A stretch of 63,570 nt of DNA, the filler included, from Platydemus manokwari (taxonomy: Eukaryota): assembly GCA_037951405.1 (NCBI GenBank). It is 5 parts of 5 records of this genome, joined end to end, with 100 filler letters (N's around TTAATTAATTAA, not from the genome) between each part and the next. Parts side by side here need not be neighbours in the genome. Positions count along the whole stretch, not along the records: positions 27,690 to 42,908 come from JBBMOY011323650.1; positions 43,009 to 53,886 come from JBBMOY011093297.1; 3 more parts are not named here. The stretch is one strand, 5' to 3'. Position 1 is the stretch's first letter. Each line of letters begins with the position of its first letter. Of the stretch, positions 36,501 to 48,851 are shown one piece after another. The notes beneath the pieces were generated by a model. That model made no database searches and had not been told where the DNA came from. It saw only the letters and a program-made list of their open reading frames with translations. The translations under genes and the position numbers were made by a program.

Positions 36501-37173
36501 ATATATGACAATCATAATTTGGTTGTGGTTCCATAGGATTACTGTCTTCTACTACATAGTAAACACGACCTCGTAAATATTTGACTATCAGTAAAAGCCC
36601 ATTACGAGGAAAATTTTTGCCATCACCAGGGTGATATATATCTGAAAATTGACTAACACACACTCCTAAAATTGTCTTAAAATCTGCCATAATTAAAAAT
36701 TAATTACCCATATCTGCCTTTCCTAATACTGACTCTTTAAGATTACCAATACGTAACATTTCACTTTTGACAAGATTTTTGAATTCGCCCATATTACTTA
36801 AATATACAAAGCCATAGCTCTCGGTGGCTGACTGTGAAGAAAAATCTTTCTTAAAATTTTGTTTTCTCTTGTTAAATTTCTTCTCAATTTCTGGATTACA
36901 AATTGTATATGCAGATAATATTTTTAGTGATGTACATGAATTTGAATTTTTATAACTTGTAACAATTTTAGGATAAATGTTATCTTTATAATCGTTAGAC
37001 TGTAAAGGTACTTTTTCAAATGAACCTAATTGAAAATGTGACTAAGACTAGAAGTGCTACACAAAAAACTTACATTTGTTTGTTAAATTCTTTTTAGGGA
37101 CTTTAAAAGTTTGGAGTTTTTTTAGATCAGTGTTATCATAATTTGGAAACCTGTCATCATCGTCGATGTCCAT
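33585..37173 (-). CDS. TASOR: TASOR/TEX15-family protein (DUF3715 pseudo-PARP domain, probable SPOC-like region), ~810 aa, 7 exons
   Basis: Exons 37074-37173, 36708-37025, 36442-36665, 35637-36395, 35511-35589, 35368-35463, 33585-34441; all GT-AG, total 2433 nt in frame. Motifs FKVPKK, NPEIEKKF, ESYGF, RIGNLKESVLGKADMGVCVSQFSDI, MEPQPNYDCHISKN, RAFHSTQIYMYEY, PSQILPWAAVEFTW parallel TASOR FQIPRK, NELLEKEF, ESYAF, LGSPSMGVYLSRYADL, LDPTPKHECHVSKN, RAYELTQYYFYEY, PRHVCPYAVVSFTY (recalled, not searched). Confidence 0.85.
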
Positions 37174-40100
37174 ATTTTAAAATTATATTATTAAAGAAAA
37201 TGTATATTTAAATAAGTCAGTTTATAAATATAAATTAAAACAAAATAAAATTAAAATGTTAAGCATTCAAATTCAAATAAATAATGAAAAGTATTAAAAA
37301 TGAAAATATTTATTCTATTAATCAATTTCTAAGAATATATTTTGATTTCTATGAACGACAATAAAACCGCTTCAGCTATTTTATGCATCAATTGAATTTC
37401 AGAAATTGTTAATGATATTATACAGCCTAGTAAAAGCTGTCGGATTTTTATTAATTTAGGTTATATTTGACGAAATAGTTTATACAAGTTATATATTTCT
37501 TCCGAACAAGTATAAATATTTCATTTCTATAGATACTCATAACAGTTAAATAACATAACATTCAGACCAATAATCAAAAGTATTACGAAATTTTAAACTT
37601 TGATAAAAATAATTATTTATTCTTCACATGTATCGATCTTCATCATGACTTTTATTCAATCTTAGTAAATTTAGCTTTAAGGTCGTTCTGCTAAATTTCC
37701 TATATCAATATTGTGTTTGTTAATATTCTAAAAATATTACTATATTCAAAATCAGATGTTAAAGTAATTTTAAAACTTAATAATTTGTTTTAAATATTTA
37801 AAAAATTACCATATTAAGCCAAATTTTGCAGAATATTCAAAGAAATAGATGTTGTGCTTAAAGCATTATATTATATTAACGCAAGTATAAATATATCACT
37901 AATTATGTTTCTTAAACAAACTAGTAAAGTGTATTTAATAAGATTATTTCATCTATTCTAACGCATCTTTTCTTACCAATAAAATTATTACCAATTTTTG
38001 TATTTTTCATAAACGTTCAGGTTGATATGAAATTAATTTTCTTACTTGAAATAATTTATCAAAATCTTTTACCTAGAGAATTTTGTACGAACTACTAGGG
38101 AATAACAATATGTGTTAAAAATCAATTAAAACTTTACCTTAACTTAAACCTTACTGTATGAACACTTCCAAATAAGATCCACAACATATTGTTAATTACC
38201 AAATGGAATCTTACATGAATCTATGTTCATCTTATTAAGAGTTATTCATGTGAATAGGTGATAGGTAGTTGGATTCATCGGGATTTTGTTATCATCAATG
38301 GGTTTTGTCAAGATACACTTCCCAACAAATAAATTCACATGACGATAATACATGTTGACAAGTGGTTTTATTCTAGAACACTAAATGAAAATACCGCATG
38401 TAAAATTGTTTAGAATGACAACAGGTATTATGTAACTTTTTAAAATACAATAATCATGCAAGAAATTTTCGAGAGATTAGTTGCTGATTGAAAGTTGTAA
38501 CGCACAGTAGTTTTATTGGTGAAAAGCTTTTACGACAATTATTATCCATCGACAATAATAATTTAAATAGCATTGTTAAATCACAATAAAAACAAGTTAC
38601 TCAGTATCTGAAAGAGAGAAGTTACGGTCAATCCTATGCATATCTGTGGATTTCCATGTTTTCAAACAATTAATTTAAGCTTAAATAATCAATGCATTTC
38701 ACATTTCATACTGTTAGGCTTAATAAGTTTTTAGATGCTATATAATATGGATCAAAATAAATTAAATATTACGGGAAAAGATTTTTTTGTATATAATTTG
38801 AATTAATGCGTGTGTTGAGCTCTCGAATATTTTATAGACAATTTTCTTAGGTACACTTAACTCTTATTTATTTGTCGCTGTTAATGAGCGATATCTCATT
38901 GCCTATTGATATTTTATAAATTAGTTTATTATTTTAGTGAATTTCGACGGGTTTGCTATTGGTGGTTTTATTAGTATTATTATTTTATGTATATATATTG
39001 TTGGGTTGTGGTAGATGTTTATTTGCTGTTCAATCAACTCAACAGCGTGAGTCCCTTTATATTTTTTATAAATCAACATCACTCAAAATTATCAACAATT
39101 TAGCTCAAAGCAATTTAACTTACACAAATTTATATAAAAAAATTGAGTATGGTTATCCCTCAGAGACCGATGGAACCAAAATTAATTCCTTATTACTTTA
39201 CTATAGATTTTATAAATCATATAAATCCTTTAGAGTCAAATGGTTTGGGTTTAATTTACAAATAATCATTTATTATTACTTTCCAAAAATTATTTATGCT
39301 TTAAAAGAATATTCGAAATTTTCTTCCTCAATGAATTCTAAATCTTAGATAACCAAATTTTATCGAATTTTTAGAGCGTGAATTGTGATGGAAATCTATT
39401 AGCTTATATAGATGCGGAGATTCGGTACTTTGTAACTAGGTTTATGATTTGATCGATGATTAGGGCTAATGGTACCGTAGCCACTACTATTAAAAACTTA
39501 AGTCAATAAATTTAAGAATAGTTTGCACTTCAGTTGAATTTTCTTTGAGCTAAAGTATTTATGATTAAAGTATACCAAAAAAAGTTTAATAATTAAATAT
39601 CACTTTGACTTTACAAAGATTTTGAAAATCAAATTGGAGGATAATTTCCATTACCACGACTCTCTAGTTAACACAAGGTGAATGAAACTCATCGTTTGAT
39701 CTTTTGAAAATAATAATTGCAAATTTATCCAATTTGGTAGAACCGTTCTCCTTTATTTCAAGGCTTTGGTTTGTCATTAATAATGATTTACAGAATTCGA
39801 AGATCTTTTTTAAATAGTAATTTTCTGTTTACTTATTTTTTCTCTTAAAACTGGATCAGAGAGTCAACTAAGTCAACAACTGCTGACTGAGCTAGATTTT
39901 GTAAATTAATAGCAGTTATTGAGTTCATTAAATTGGGTTATTTGATGGCAGTCATTAGCTTTAGCTCCGAAAGGATTGTGATTAAATGTCTAGTGTTTTA
40001 AAACTTGAAAAATCGTTAAAGACTAGAAAAAGATTATATGAAGATGCCCAATGCACCAAGTAAAAGGAGTATTGGAAGATCGAAACAGACGGAGAAGATA

Positions 40101-41081
40101 AGTAGCTTGAATTAGTATGAAAAATGAATAGTTGAATTTTAATAGTTAAATTATCGATGGTTATGTGATTGCTAAAATTTAAATTAGAAAAACGTAGCAA
40201 AGTACCTATTCTTGCTTCTTCGTACAAAGTTGATAATCCATGATTAGATGAAAATCCATACTAGTGATTAAATCAATAACTGCTTTCTCTGTTAATTACC
40301 TCTGTAGAATAATTATTTGGAGACCTTGCTGTCGATTTGCACTTTAAATAAGATCCAAATCAATCAGTGGCTAGTGGTTGTTCTTAATGTTTAGTTGTGT
40401 TGTGATCTTCATTGATCTGATCCACCACTATTAATATTATTTTTTCTTTGTGTGAAGCGCGCGTGATACTCACCCAACCCATATTTTATGGTAATTGACC
40501 ATATTTATAATTAATATTGTTTGAAATTCTTATTATCGTTAATTATGTATATCAATAATATAATAAAATAATCAAAATTGATCCTTAGATTACTAGTGGT
40601 TTGTCACGACTCTTACTGCTTAATGATTTTGTAAATGTGAATAAAAACCCATCTTGCATAACAAATACATTAGAAAACTTGTTAAATTAATTTAAAATTA
40701 TTATGAGCCAACAACAGAAAAAATATTCGATATATAAATTGGGAAAAATTGATGAATGGGATTTCATGAAACAAGGAAAAAATGCTGCTTTATTTTTATC
40801 TATTTAGAAAGAAATTAAAAAAAATAATTCATCAATATTTCTTACTAGTAGTATGAATATTTTATTAACTTGATTCTGTTATTATGATAAGTTCATGATT
40901 TTTTAGAGATTCCTTTTAATTAAAATTTATACTGTTATTGTGACAGAATTAAAAAAATTCCGAATTTTCTCTGATATAACTGAAAAATACTTTGGTTATC
41001 TATTTTAATTGAATTTTAAAATTTTAATATGAATTTTGAACTATCCTTGTTTTACTTAACCAATTATTATAATTTTTTCAA

Positions 41082-42313
41082 ATGTTGACTCGAAATCGTT
41101 TAACTTCGCATTCCCTATCAGAAATTGACCAAGGCCTATTTAAAAGTTGGATATTTTTAGCTCTGGATTAAATTAGATTATTTCTTCAGATGCGGTTATA
41201 AGTGTTGGGAAAGATTTCCAAGCAAAATTACCTTCCCTTGAAAAGACTTCATCATTAATTTATTATAAATCTCAAAAAAGAAAATTTGAAATAATGCTTT
41301 GGAGTCCAAGCTTAATTAAAATACCTAATGATAAAATTCAAGAATTTATTTCTAATACTAGAATACATTACAAGTTTGATTATTTAAAGAAAGACTAAAT
41401 TAAAAATTTGAAATTAGTTACACTGAGGAAATGACATTAGGAATCATTAAATGGCACAAAGGCGATTTGGATGCTGTTCAAAATGATTTAACAAATTATG
41501 TGCCCAAAAAGGATTATTGGAATACAGATGACAGAGCTAAATTCTTCATGGCTTTAGATTCCCACAATAAAAATTTCAATGTAATTAAAGATTTGGTATT
41601 AATTTTTATCATTGAAACTTTAATTATGTTTGATTTAAGTTTCCTAAAAAAACAATAGGTCAGCTTGTTTCAGCATATTATTTATTTAAAAAAAATGTAA
41701 ATGTTCTCAGAGATATGAATATACTTCTTTTTCCGGGAGCTCCAGTTGGGAGTTCTGTGTTACATAAAATAAAAAAATTTGATAATGTGATGCCAAAACA
41801 TTTCCTTAATAAATTTGGTGGTATAATCAGAAGCCTCCCTTTGTCGGTGAGTTTATGCTTGTTTGTAAAACATGTACATATTCTAAATTGGATAGAATAA
41901 TACAAATGTGCATTTGTCTAATCAATCTATATGGAGCGACCATGAAATGGCAGATTCGGTTAGGCAAGTTATGCGCCAAATAGAAATTAATCAAAATCGC
42001 CATTGCATGAATCGTTTACCAGAACAAACAAGGGATTTATTACTTGATCAAGGAAGAAGTACAAGACGGATTCAGAAAAGATCTCATCAATGCATTAGTG
42101 AACATAAAAGGTTTATCGAAGTTTCTTTTTATTATATAATCCTTGGTTAGGTGGTTGCGTGATTTCTATCGTTCTTACAGTCACCAAGAATTACTTCAAC
42201 ATTTACAAATTGGAGAGGAATGTAAAACTGATGCCATTGATCAAGAAATTAATGCAACAAGTCATTTAATTTTATCTGTCCAACCAGTAAGAAAAATAAT
42301 ATTTACTTGCTAA
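41082..42313 (+). CDS. RCOR: CoREST/RCOR-like ELM2-SANT corepressor, ~6 exons
   Basis: ELM2 ISVGKDFQAKLP..MLWSP..YNYTEEMTLGIIKWHKGDLDAVQNDLTNYVP; SANT WNTDDRAKFFMALDSHNKNFNVIKDLFPKKTIGQLVSAYYLFKK after removing ~40-49 nt introns; start codon and last exon less certain. Confidence 0.8.
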
Positions 42314-42908
42314 CTTTTAAACGTTTCTTTCGAATAAACAATATATGATTTAAATGTTTCGTTATTATATGACATATATTCATTAATGTTTAATGATTTC
42401 AGAATTAATCATGTTTTCATTTATATGAAATCAAATCAAATAATAATTGAAATGAATTGTATTTATAAGATTATACAGAAACGGTTGATGTATAAAATAA
42501 AGAATAATTATATTTTTAATCCGTGTTATGTGATTCTATTGAAATTTATGTAAATTCACAAATTTCTAAATATTTCACAGATATATTAAGTCAACCCTGA
42601 TGAAATGCAGTTCTAATTGACCTTCAATGTGTTCAGCCAAGCATTACATTATATCATTTACATAATAGAAAATATCATTTATTAAGATTTAATAAATTCT
42701 TTATTATTTTCACCATTTGAATTTTATTCATAAATATATGTATGTTTTGATTCAGGATATTATGAATAAATCTAAACAGCTCATTGATCAACTCAAATAT
42801 TGCAAGCAACAATTGCCAAAGGTATGCTAACAAATAAGTTCTACCAGGCTGAAACGTCACGATGACATTTTGCGGGTGTTAGCGAAATCGAAACCAACGC
42901 CTGTCACC

Positions 42909-43008
42909 NNNNNNNNNNNNNNNNNNNNNNNNNNNNNNNNNNNNNNNNNNNNTTAATTAATTAANNNNNNNNNNNNNNNNNNNNNNNNNNNNNNNNNNNN
43001 NNNNNNNN
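42909..43008. other. Artificial contig spacer
   Basis: 44N-TTAATTAATTAA-44N. Confidence 0.97.
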
Positions 43009-45310
43009 TTATTGTAATACGTTTAATAAATATTATACGCTTCAATTTGTTGTTTTGTATTGTCATAAGGGTATTAAGAGTGCTAATATTCGCAATCCTT
43101 GGAGTCAGATTGCCAATTATCAAATCGCTCAATCCGTGAGATACGAAATCTCCACAATACAATTAATACAAATTTGAATACAATTATTAATTATGAGGCA
43201 ATAACCAGGTAGAATATTTGAAGTTATTATTATGTAGGATTCTATCGTTAATATTCGAAATTGCAGCGTAAGATCTCTCTTTGCTGAATAGCCGACTGGT
43301 TTGTGAGCCAACTAGTGCAAGTAACCACTCTTTTATAAATGATTTTTTGCTTATGGGTTTTAGGTATTACTTACGAGAATGATTGTGCTGGGTCCAAGCC
43401 ATTTAAGTCATTCACAATTATGGAGTAAGATGATATCGTAATAATACAGTAAAATTGCATTATGAAACTTAAAAGGTGGAAAATTCTTCGACGAAATTTC
43501 TTGTGTCTTTTCTTAATAGTGAATAGATTATTATAATTATTCTCATGAGAAAATTATAATTTAAAAATTGTAAATTAATCTTAAAAGCAAATTATCGACT
43601 AAACTTGCAATCGACAATAAATTAATTTATAGTGCTATTATGTGTATTTGGCGTTGTTTAATATTTTTCAGTCGTATTTATATTGCCATATTTTTCCTAA
43701 TTATTAATTTTATTTTAGTTTGGCTTTTTTTATTTGCTAATTAGATCCGTTTTTATTTTTTGTTTCTCTTTTTATGTATTATTATTTTATTGTTCTATTT
43801 TTATTCTTTTTATATTTTAAATTTATTTTCTATTCTATTTTTAGACTATTTCGAAAACCTTTTGCCTATTGTTTATTCTTCTTAATTTGCATGGGGCTTA
43901 ACACCCACTAATATAATGTCAATTATTCCGAGCAAAGAAAGGATGTATCTATTGTTATCTTTATTTTAAAACTCAAGTTTATTATTATTCTGAAATTTGC
44001 AACTTTTATTGCCATTATTTTGAAACCAAACAATGAACTTACACTAAAAAATTATGACAATATTAAGTAATCATAGTTTACTTCAAAATTATGCAAAAGA
44101 AAGACCAATTAATTACAAAGGTACATAATCATAAACAGTAAAAGAATTATAAATATTCGTTATAAATAGTCCTCAATATTGAACATTTTATTGGCCCAAC
44201 ATTTCTTCAATTCCTCCTGCCAAGTCTGCGCTGACTTGTTGAGGGTGCTCTCCGTTGATTATCGGTCACTACAGAATTCGTCCACGGAGCTTTCGGGCTA
44301 TTTTTCATGTCGATAATCATGTTTTTTAATTCAAAATATTAAATGACTTTTTCTCTGTATGTATACGTAAACTGATTGGTAATAGCACGCTGTTGTTTAA
44401 GACATTGTCTTTCTCAATGTATTCCGAACACATCTTTACAAACTACCATTCTAGTTCTGAATAATTTCAACGAATTATACAATGGATAAAGATCAAAGAT
44501 AACCTTCGCAGAATTTCAGAAAAAAAAGGACTATTACCTACCATTTTTATTTATAAAAATTAGTTATAGCACTAGGTAATAGTTGATGATTAGTACTCTG
44601 CCAGCTTATATGTTTAAATAGTGACTTTATAGAAGTAAAACCCTTTATATTTTTAACATTTAAAAACATTAAAACTTAATATGATTTTGACTATAAACTT
44701 TTTGTTCACTTGATTTCGATATTGACCAAATATTGAGAACTGCTTTAAGTATAGTTCGAGATTATACTATACCATTTGATAAATAAAAACAGAATGTAAA
44801 TTTAATGTAAAAATTTTTAAATAAGTAAAGATAGATTAGTAAACAACATATTGGAAAAAACGCCAGTTCTATCAACATATATAATGATGTGTTGACTGAA
44901 CAGAAATAAATGAAATTTTTGATTATATTACAAGTTTTTATTCAATTTTTCAGTATATAAAAACTGTCATCAACCATCATAACCTACATAAACTATTCAG
45001 TGAACGATCAAGAATAAACTCATCAAATAATTATTAACAATAAATTTTATACAGACACACAAATTGAATTCAACTTAATTATATTGTAACAGTAAAAGAT
45101 GTTGAAAAGTTGGCAACAATAAACAATAGTTGATATTCTTAATTAGTATTTTTAAAGGTTATAAAATAAAATATAGTAAAATAATTTCATATAAAATATT
45201 TAAATATCAAAATTTAAACAATATATTTGAATCGATAACCTAGCAAAATTCAAATTTGGTAGTTCATTTGAATTTGTATTTTATTATCGCTATCCCATAA
45301 AAATCTAAAA

Positions 45311-47599
45311 ATGGCAAGATGGGGATATGGCGCTGAAGATGGTTCGTTTCTAAATTACATAAACATTTTAGATTAATATTACATTTGTAGGTCCACATAC
45401 GTGGCATGCTAGCTTTCCATCAGCTGGAGGATGCCGACAATCACCTATCAATATCGAATTAGATAAGCTGAAATACGACATAACACTCAACATTCGACCA
45501 CTCACTGTTGCATTTGATATTGAACGACAACTTTCACAAACTTTGGTTTATACTGGCCATAACTTTCGTATTGATGTAGCTGGTGGATCATGTTTGTCTA
45601 AAATATTAAACATTGTTTTCATTGAATATTTTTAACAATATTGTCAGGCGTCTCTGGTGGACCGGTACCTACTGGTCAGACATGCATTTTAAGTCATTTT
45701 ACTTTTCATTGGGGTAGTACTGATTACAGTGGATCAGAACATTTAATAAATGGTCATCAATTTCCTGCAGAACTTCATATGGTCTGTTTCAATGCTAGTA
45801 AATATAGATGCTTTGAAGAGGCAATGGCTCAACCAGATGGTTTGTTGATTGTAGCTATTTTATTGCACGTTAGTTTAGCTTGTTTCACCTAGTATCCTGG
45901 TATAATCATTTGATGTTCATTTTTTATTTTCTCTCATTTATTGTATCAATCACTTTTCATAAGGTTTATTTATTAATGTTTACTTATATTCGATTTATAA
46001 ATACCAATAATTCATAAAGCTTTAATATTGAGAAGCAAATCTGTCAACTCAAATATCAATCGCTTCAATACAGTGACATAGGATGCTGTTTGTTATATGA
46101 ATCGATTTTTTTCTGACGAATCGAAAAGCTTTAGATGAAATTTATTTTTAGAAACATTCATTAAATGAAAATTTGAACACACCTACATGTTAATAAAATT
46201 GATCAAAAAAATTGAAAGATCATAAATTGTCCGACTTCTTTGTCTTCTATCTTGTTAGTAGTAATTCTATTACCGTCAAAGATTATCATGAGAAACCAAA
46301 TACTTCAATTTTTTAAAAATACTCAAATGTTTTACTTTAATTCTTTATAATTTTAAATTTATAAATTTTATATAGGCAAAATAATTCAACTTTTATTCAG
46401 TTTTTTCCATATGGCAGTGCCAAAAAAATTTCAAGAATAACCTCGCAGAAATAATTTTATATTTTATGTATTTTAATACTTTAAATTTTTACAATTATTT
46501 TATAAAAATAATTAACATTTGAAAGTCGAGTTGTGACAATCCTCGAATGAAAATTGGCAAAATAAATATAAAAATTAACAATTAAAGTATTACTTTATGT
46601 ATAATTGATGATAAATGAACCCGGATCAATCACTTTGAGGGTTTAACGGAGGTCTTACAAATGTCTTCCAAACTTTGGTTATCAAAATGGCACTCTGAAG
46701 CATTCTAAATGCTTTGTAAAAGCGGATAACCGAGACCTTTATGCTGAAAATAAAATATGAACATTAAATTGTGATTGTTGTTTTTTCTGATAGAATTTAG
46801 CTGTTCGTATAATTTTTCATATAAAATTGAATTTTGAGTCAAAATATGATAAAAATACCATTATATATAAATTTTAAAATTAAATAATTTACGAAAAATC
46901 ACTACATTAAAATAAAGTCAAGGACCCTTTTTCTTAATTTAACCCGAATAATAATAACCCCTAAAGTAAATTTCAGATTCTTTTAAATAAATTTATATTA
47001 TCTGTTAATTTTTACTATGATTTGTTTTAAAATTAATTTTTATAACAAAGCAATATTATCACTGTCTAACAATGATTGCAGCTAATTATAATCGCTAAAT
47101 GAATTTTCATATTCAACATAATCAATAACAGTTTTCAGATAAATGATTTTTTCTATCTCTAGATTGGTAGTAAGAATTCTACAATTGAACGATTAGTAGG
47201 TCCATTGACGTCGATTCAATTTTTTAGACAACACGATTTTAGACAAGAATCATCTTTGCTTGATTTAACTCAAATATTACCACGTAATTAAATTGAAACA
47301 AACTATTAATTATGAAATTGTTTATTCTTAAAATTAGGTAATATGTGTCGTTACTATACTTATCCTGGTTCATTAACAACTCCCCCTTGTTATGAATCAG
47401 TAACATGGTTAATATTTGAAGAGACTGTCGGGATTGATTCTGATCAAGTATAAAATTTTGATATCTTTTTTAATTATTACTTCATTTTCAGTTACTTATG
47501 TTTCGTAAAATTCATATGGGCGATAGTTGCTGCGGTCCAGATAACTTTCGTCCAATTTGCCCAATCGGTGAAAGAATAGTTTGCAAAAACTTTCCTTAA
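45311..47599 (+). CDS. Cytosolic-type alpha-carbonic anhydrase or CA-related protein, 6 exons
   Basis: Exons 45311-45341, 45391-45591, 45648-45868, 47163-47283, 47338-47447, 47492-47599. Motifs WGY, GPHTW, RQSPINI, TGHNF, HFTFHWG, GSEH, FPAELHMV, PDGL, YYTYPGSLTTPPCYESVTW, DNFRP. Confidence 0.93.
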
Positions 47600-47909
47600 A
47601 TTTCTGAAATTATTTTCTTATTTACATTTAAGTTTACTTTTATTTTTGAAAATCACACATAAATAACTTTGGTTGTATTATTTTTATACAAATACAGATT
47701 ACTTAAAATAGATAAGTTTTTTATGTCATTATGAAATTTAATTAAAAAAATCAATATTGAATTTCGAATTTTAAAATTATTAAACAGTTGAATTTTAATA
47801 ACGTGCAGAAATTTATTCAATTTTATGTCTTGTGTTTTTATTGGTTTTCGATTCTGATTGGTCATTTGATTTATTCTATTTTTGGATATTTTATTGATCT
47901 TCTAACAAC

Positions 47910-48851
47910 ATGGCGGAAAATAATGTATTTCATAAATTACCAGCCCAAATATTATTACAAGATTCGAGTGTAACGTATTCTGGTACTTTGGAAAGAAAAA
48001 TTTCATTACTTTCATTCAAGCATTGGACAAAATGCTATGTGGTGATATCCAGTGGAAATATTTACATTTATCCTAGTAATATTTCACCTAAACCAAATTT
48101 GGTATGCGTTTTAGGAGCATTTCATCAAATTCAGATTATAAAAAATCGAATTCAACCTCCATTTTGGGTTTTTATTCTCAAGCCTCTTATTGTATCAGTG
48201 CCGGAATTGAAATTTGCTGCTGCTTCGGAACGAGAAATGAACTCATGGATTTGCGAATTTAAATCAGGAATTATTTTCTCGAAAAATGCTCAACTAAAAA
48301 ATGATACAGAAAAACTATTCAGTCGACCTTATAGAGATAGTATGGAGGGAAGTATTTATTCAACTGCATCAGAAAGAAATCAAGTAGTTGATACTCTTTT
48401 AAATTCATCCCAAACTAATATTTACGAAGAACCTGATGAATTGATGTTTCCATCCAATCCTATTTCACCAAGTGCACCACCATTGTATCCGTCTTTATGC
48501 CAAATTGATAATTTGTCACTTATCTCAGACATTGAAAATGAAGATATTGATAATGCAATTTTTTATGGATCACGAGAAGGGGCTTTTACAGAATTATCAA
48601 AATGCTTATTTCTTGGTTCGTATTTAGTTCGTCAGGAAACTGAAAGACAAATTTTAACTGTTAAGTGTGAGAATAATATTGTGAAATTTTGTTTGCTGAT
48701 AGAATCAAAAACTAATCGAATTTTCATCGCTGGCCAGAAAGAATCGTTTGAAAATTTGCATCATTTATTATCTTATTATCATGAACACAATCTTCCAAAT
48801 CAGAGTTGCAAACTTTTAATTCCATTTAAGATAGCTTTAAGTAAAAACTGA
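47910..48851 (+). CDS. Intronless PH + SH2 adaptor (SH3BP2-like), paralog 1
   Basis: PH: YSGTLERK..WTKCYVVI..IYIY..LKFAAASEREMNSWI; Tyr/Pro linker IYEEP, PSAPP; SH2: FYGSREGAFTEL..GSYLVRQ..FENLHHLLSYYHEHNLP. Confidence 0.85.
   Translation: MAENNVFHKLPAQILLQDSSVTYSGTLERKISLLSFKHWTKCYVVISSGNIYIYPSNISPKPNLVCVLGAFHQIQIIKNRIQPPFWVFILKPLIVSVPELKFAAASEREMNSWICEFKSGIIFSKNAQLKNDTEKLFSRPYRDSMEGSIYSTASERNQVVDTLLNSSQTNIYEEPDELMFPSNPISPSAPPLYPSLCQIDNLSLISDIENEDIDNAIFYGSREGAFTELSKCLFLGSYLVRQETERQILTVKCENNIVKFCLLIESKTNRIFIAGQKESFENLHHLLSYYHEHNLPNQSCKLLIPFKIALSKN

Noticed and set aside
37330-40500. Possible multi-exon gene between the TASOR-like and CoREST-like genes (includes ORF 38953-39348)
   Set aside because: I could not build a consistent spliced frame or recognise a domain on either strand.
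46095-46130. SIFSDESK, Tc1-like motif in the CA intron
   Set aside because: Too short, with no further transposase motifs or TIRs seen.
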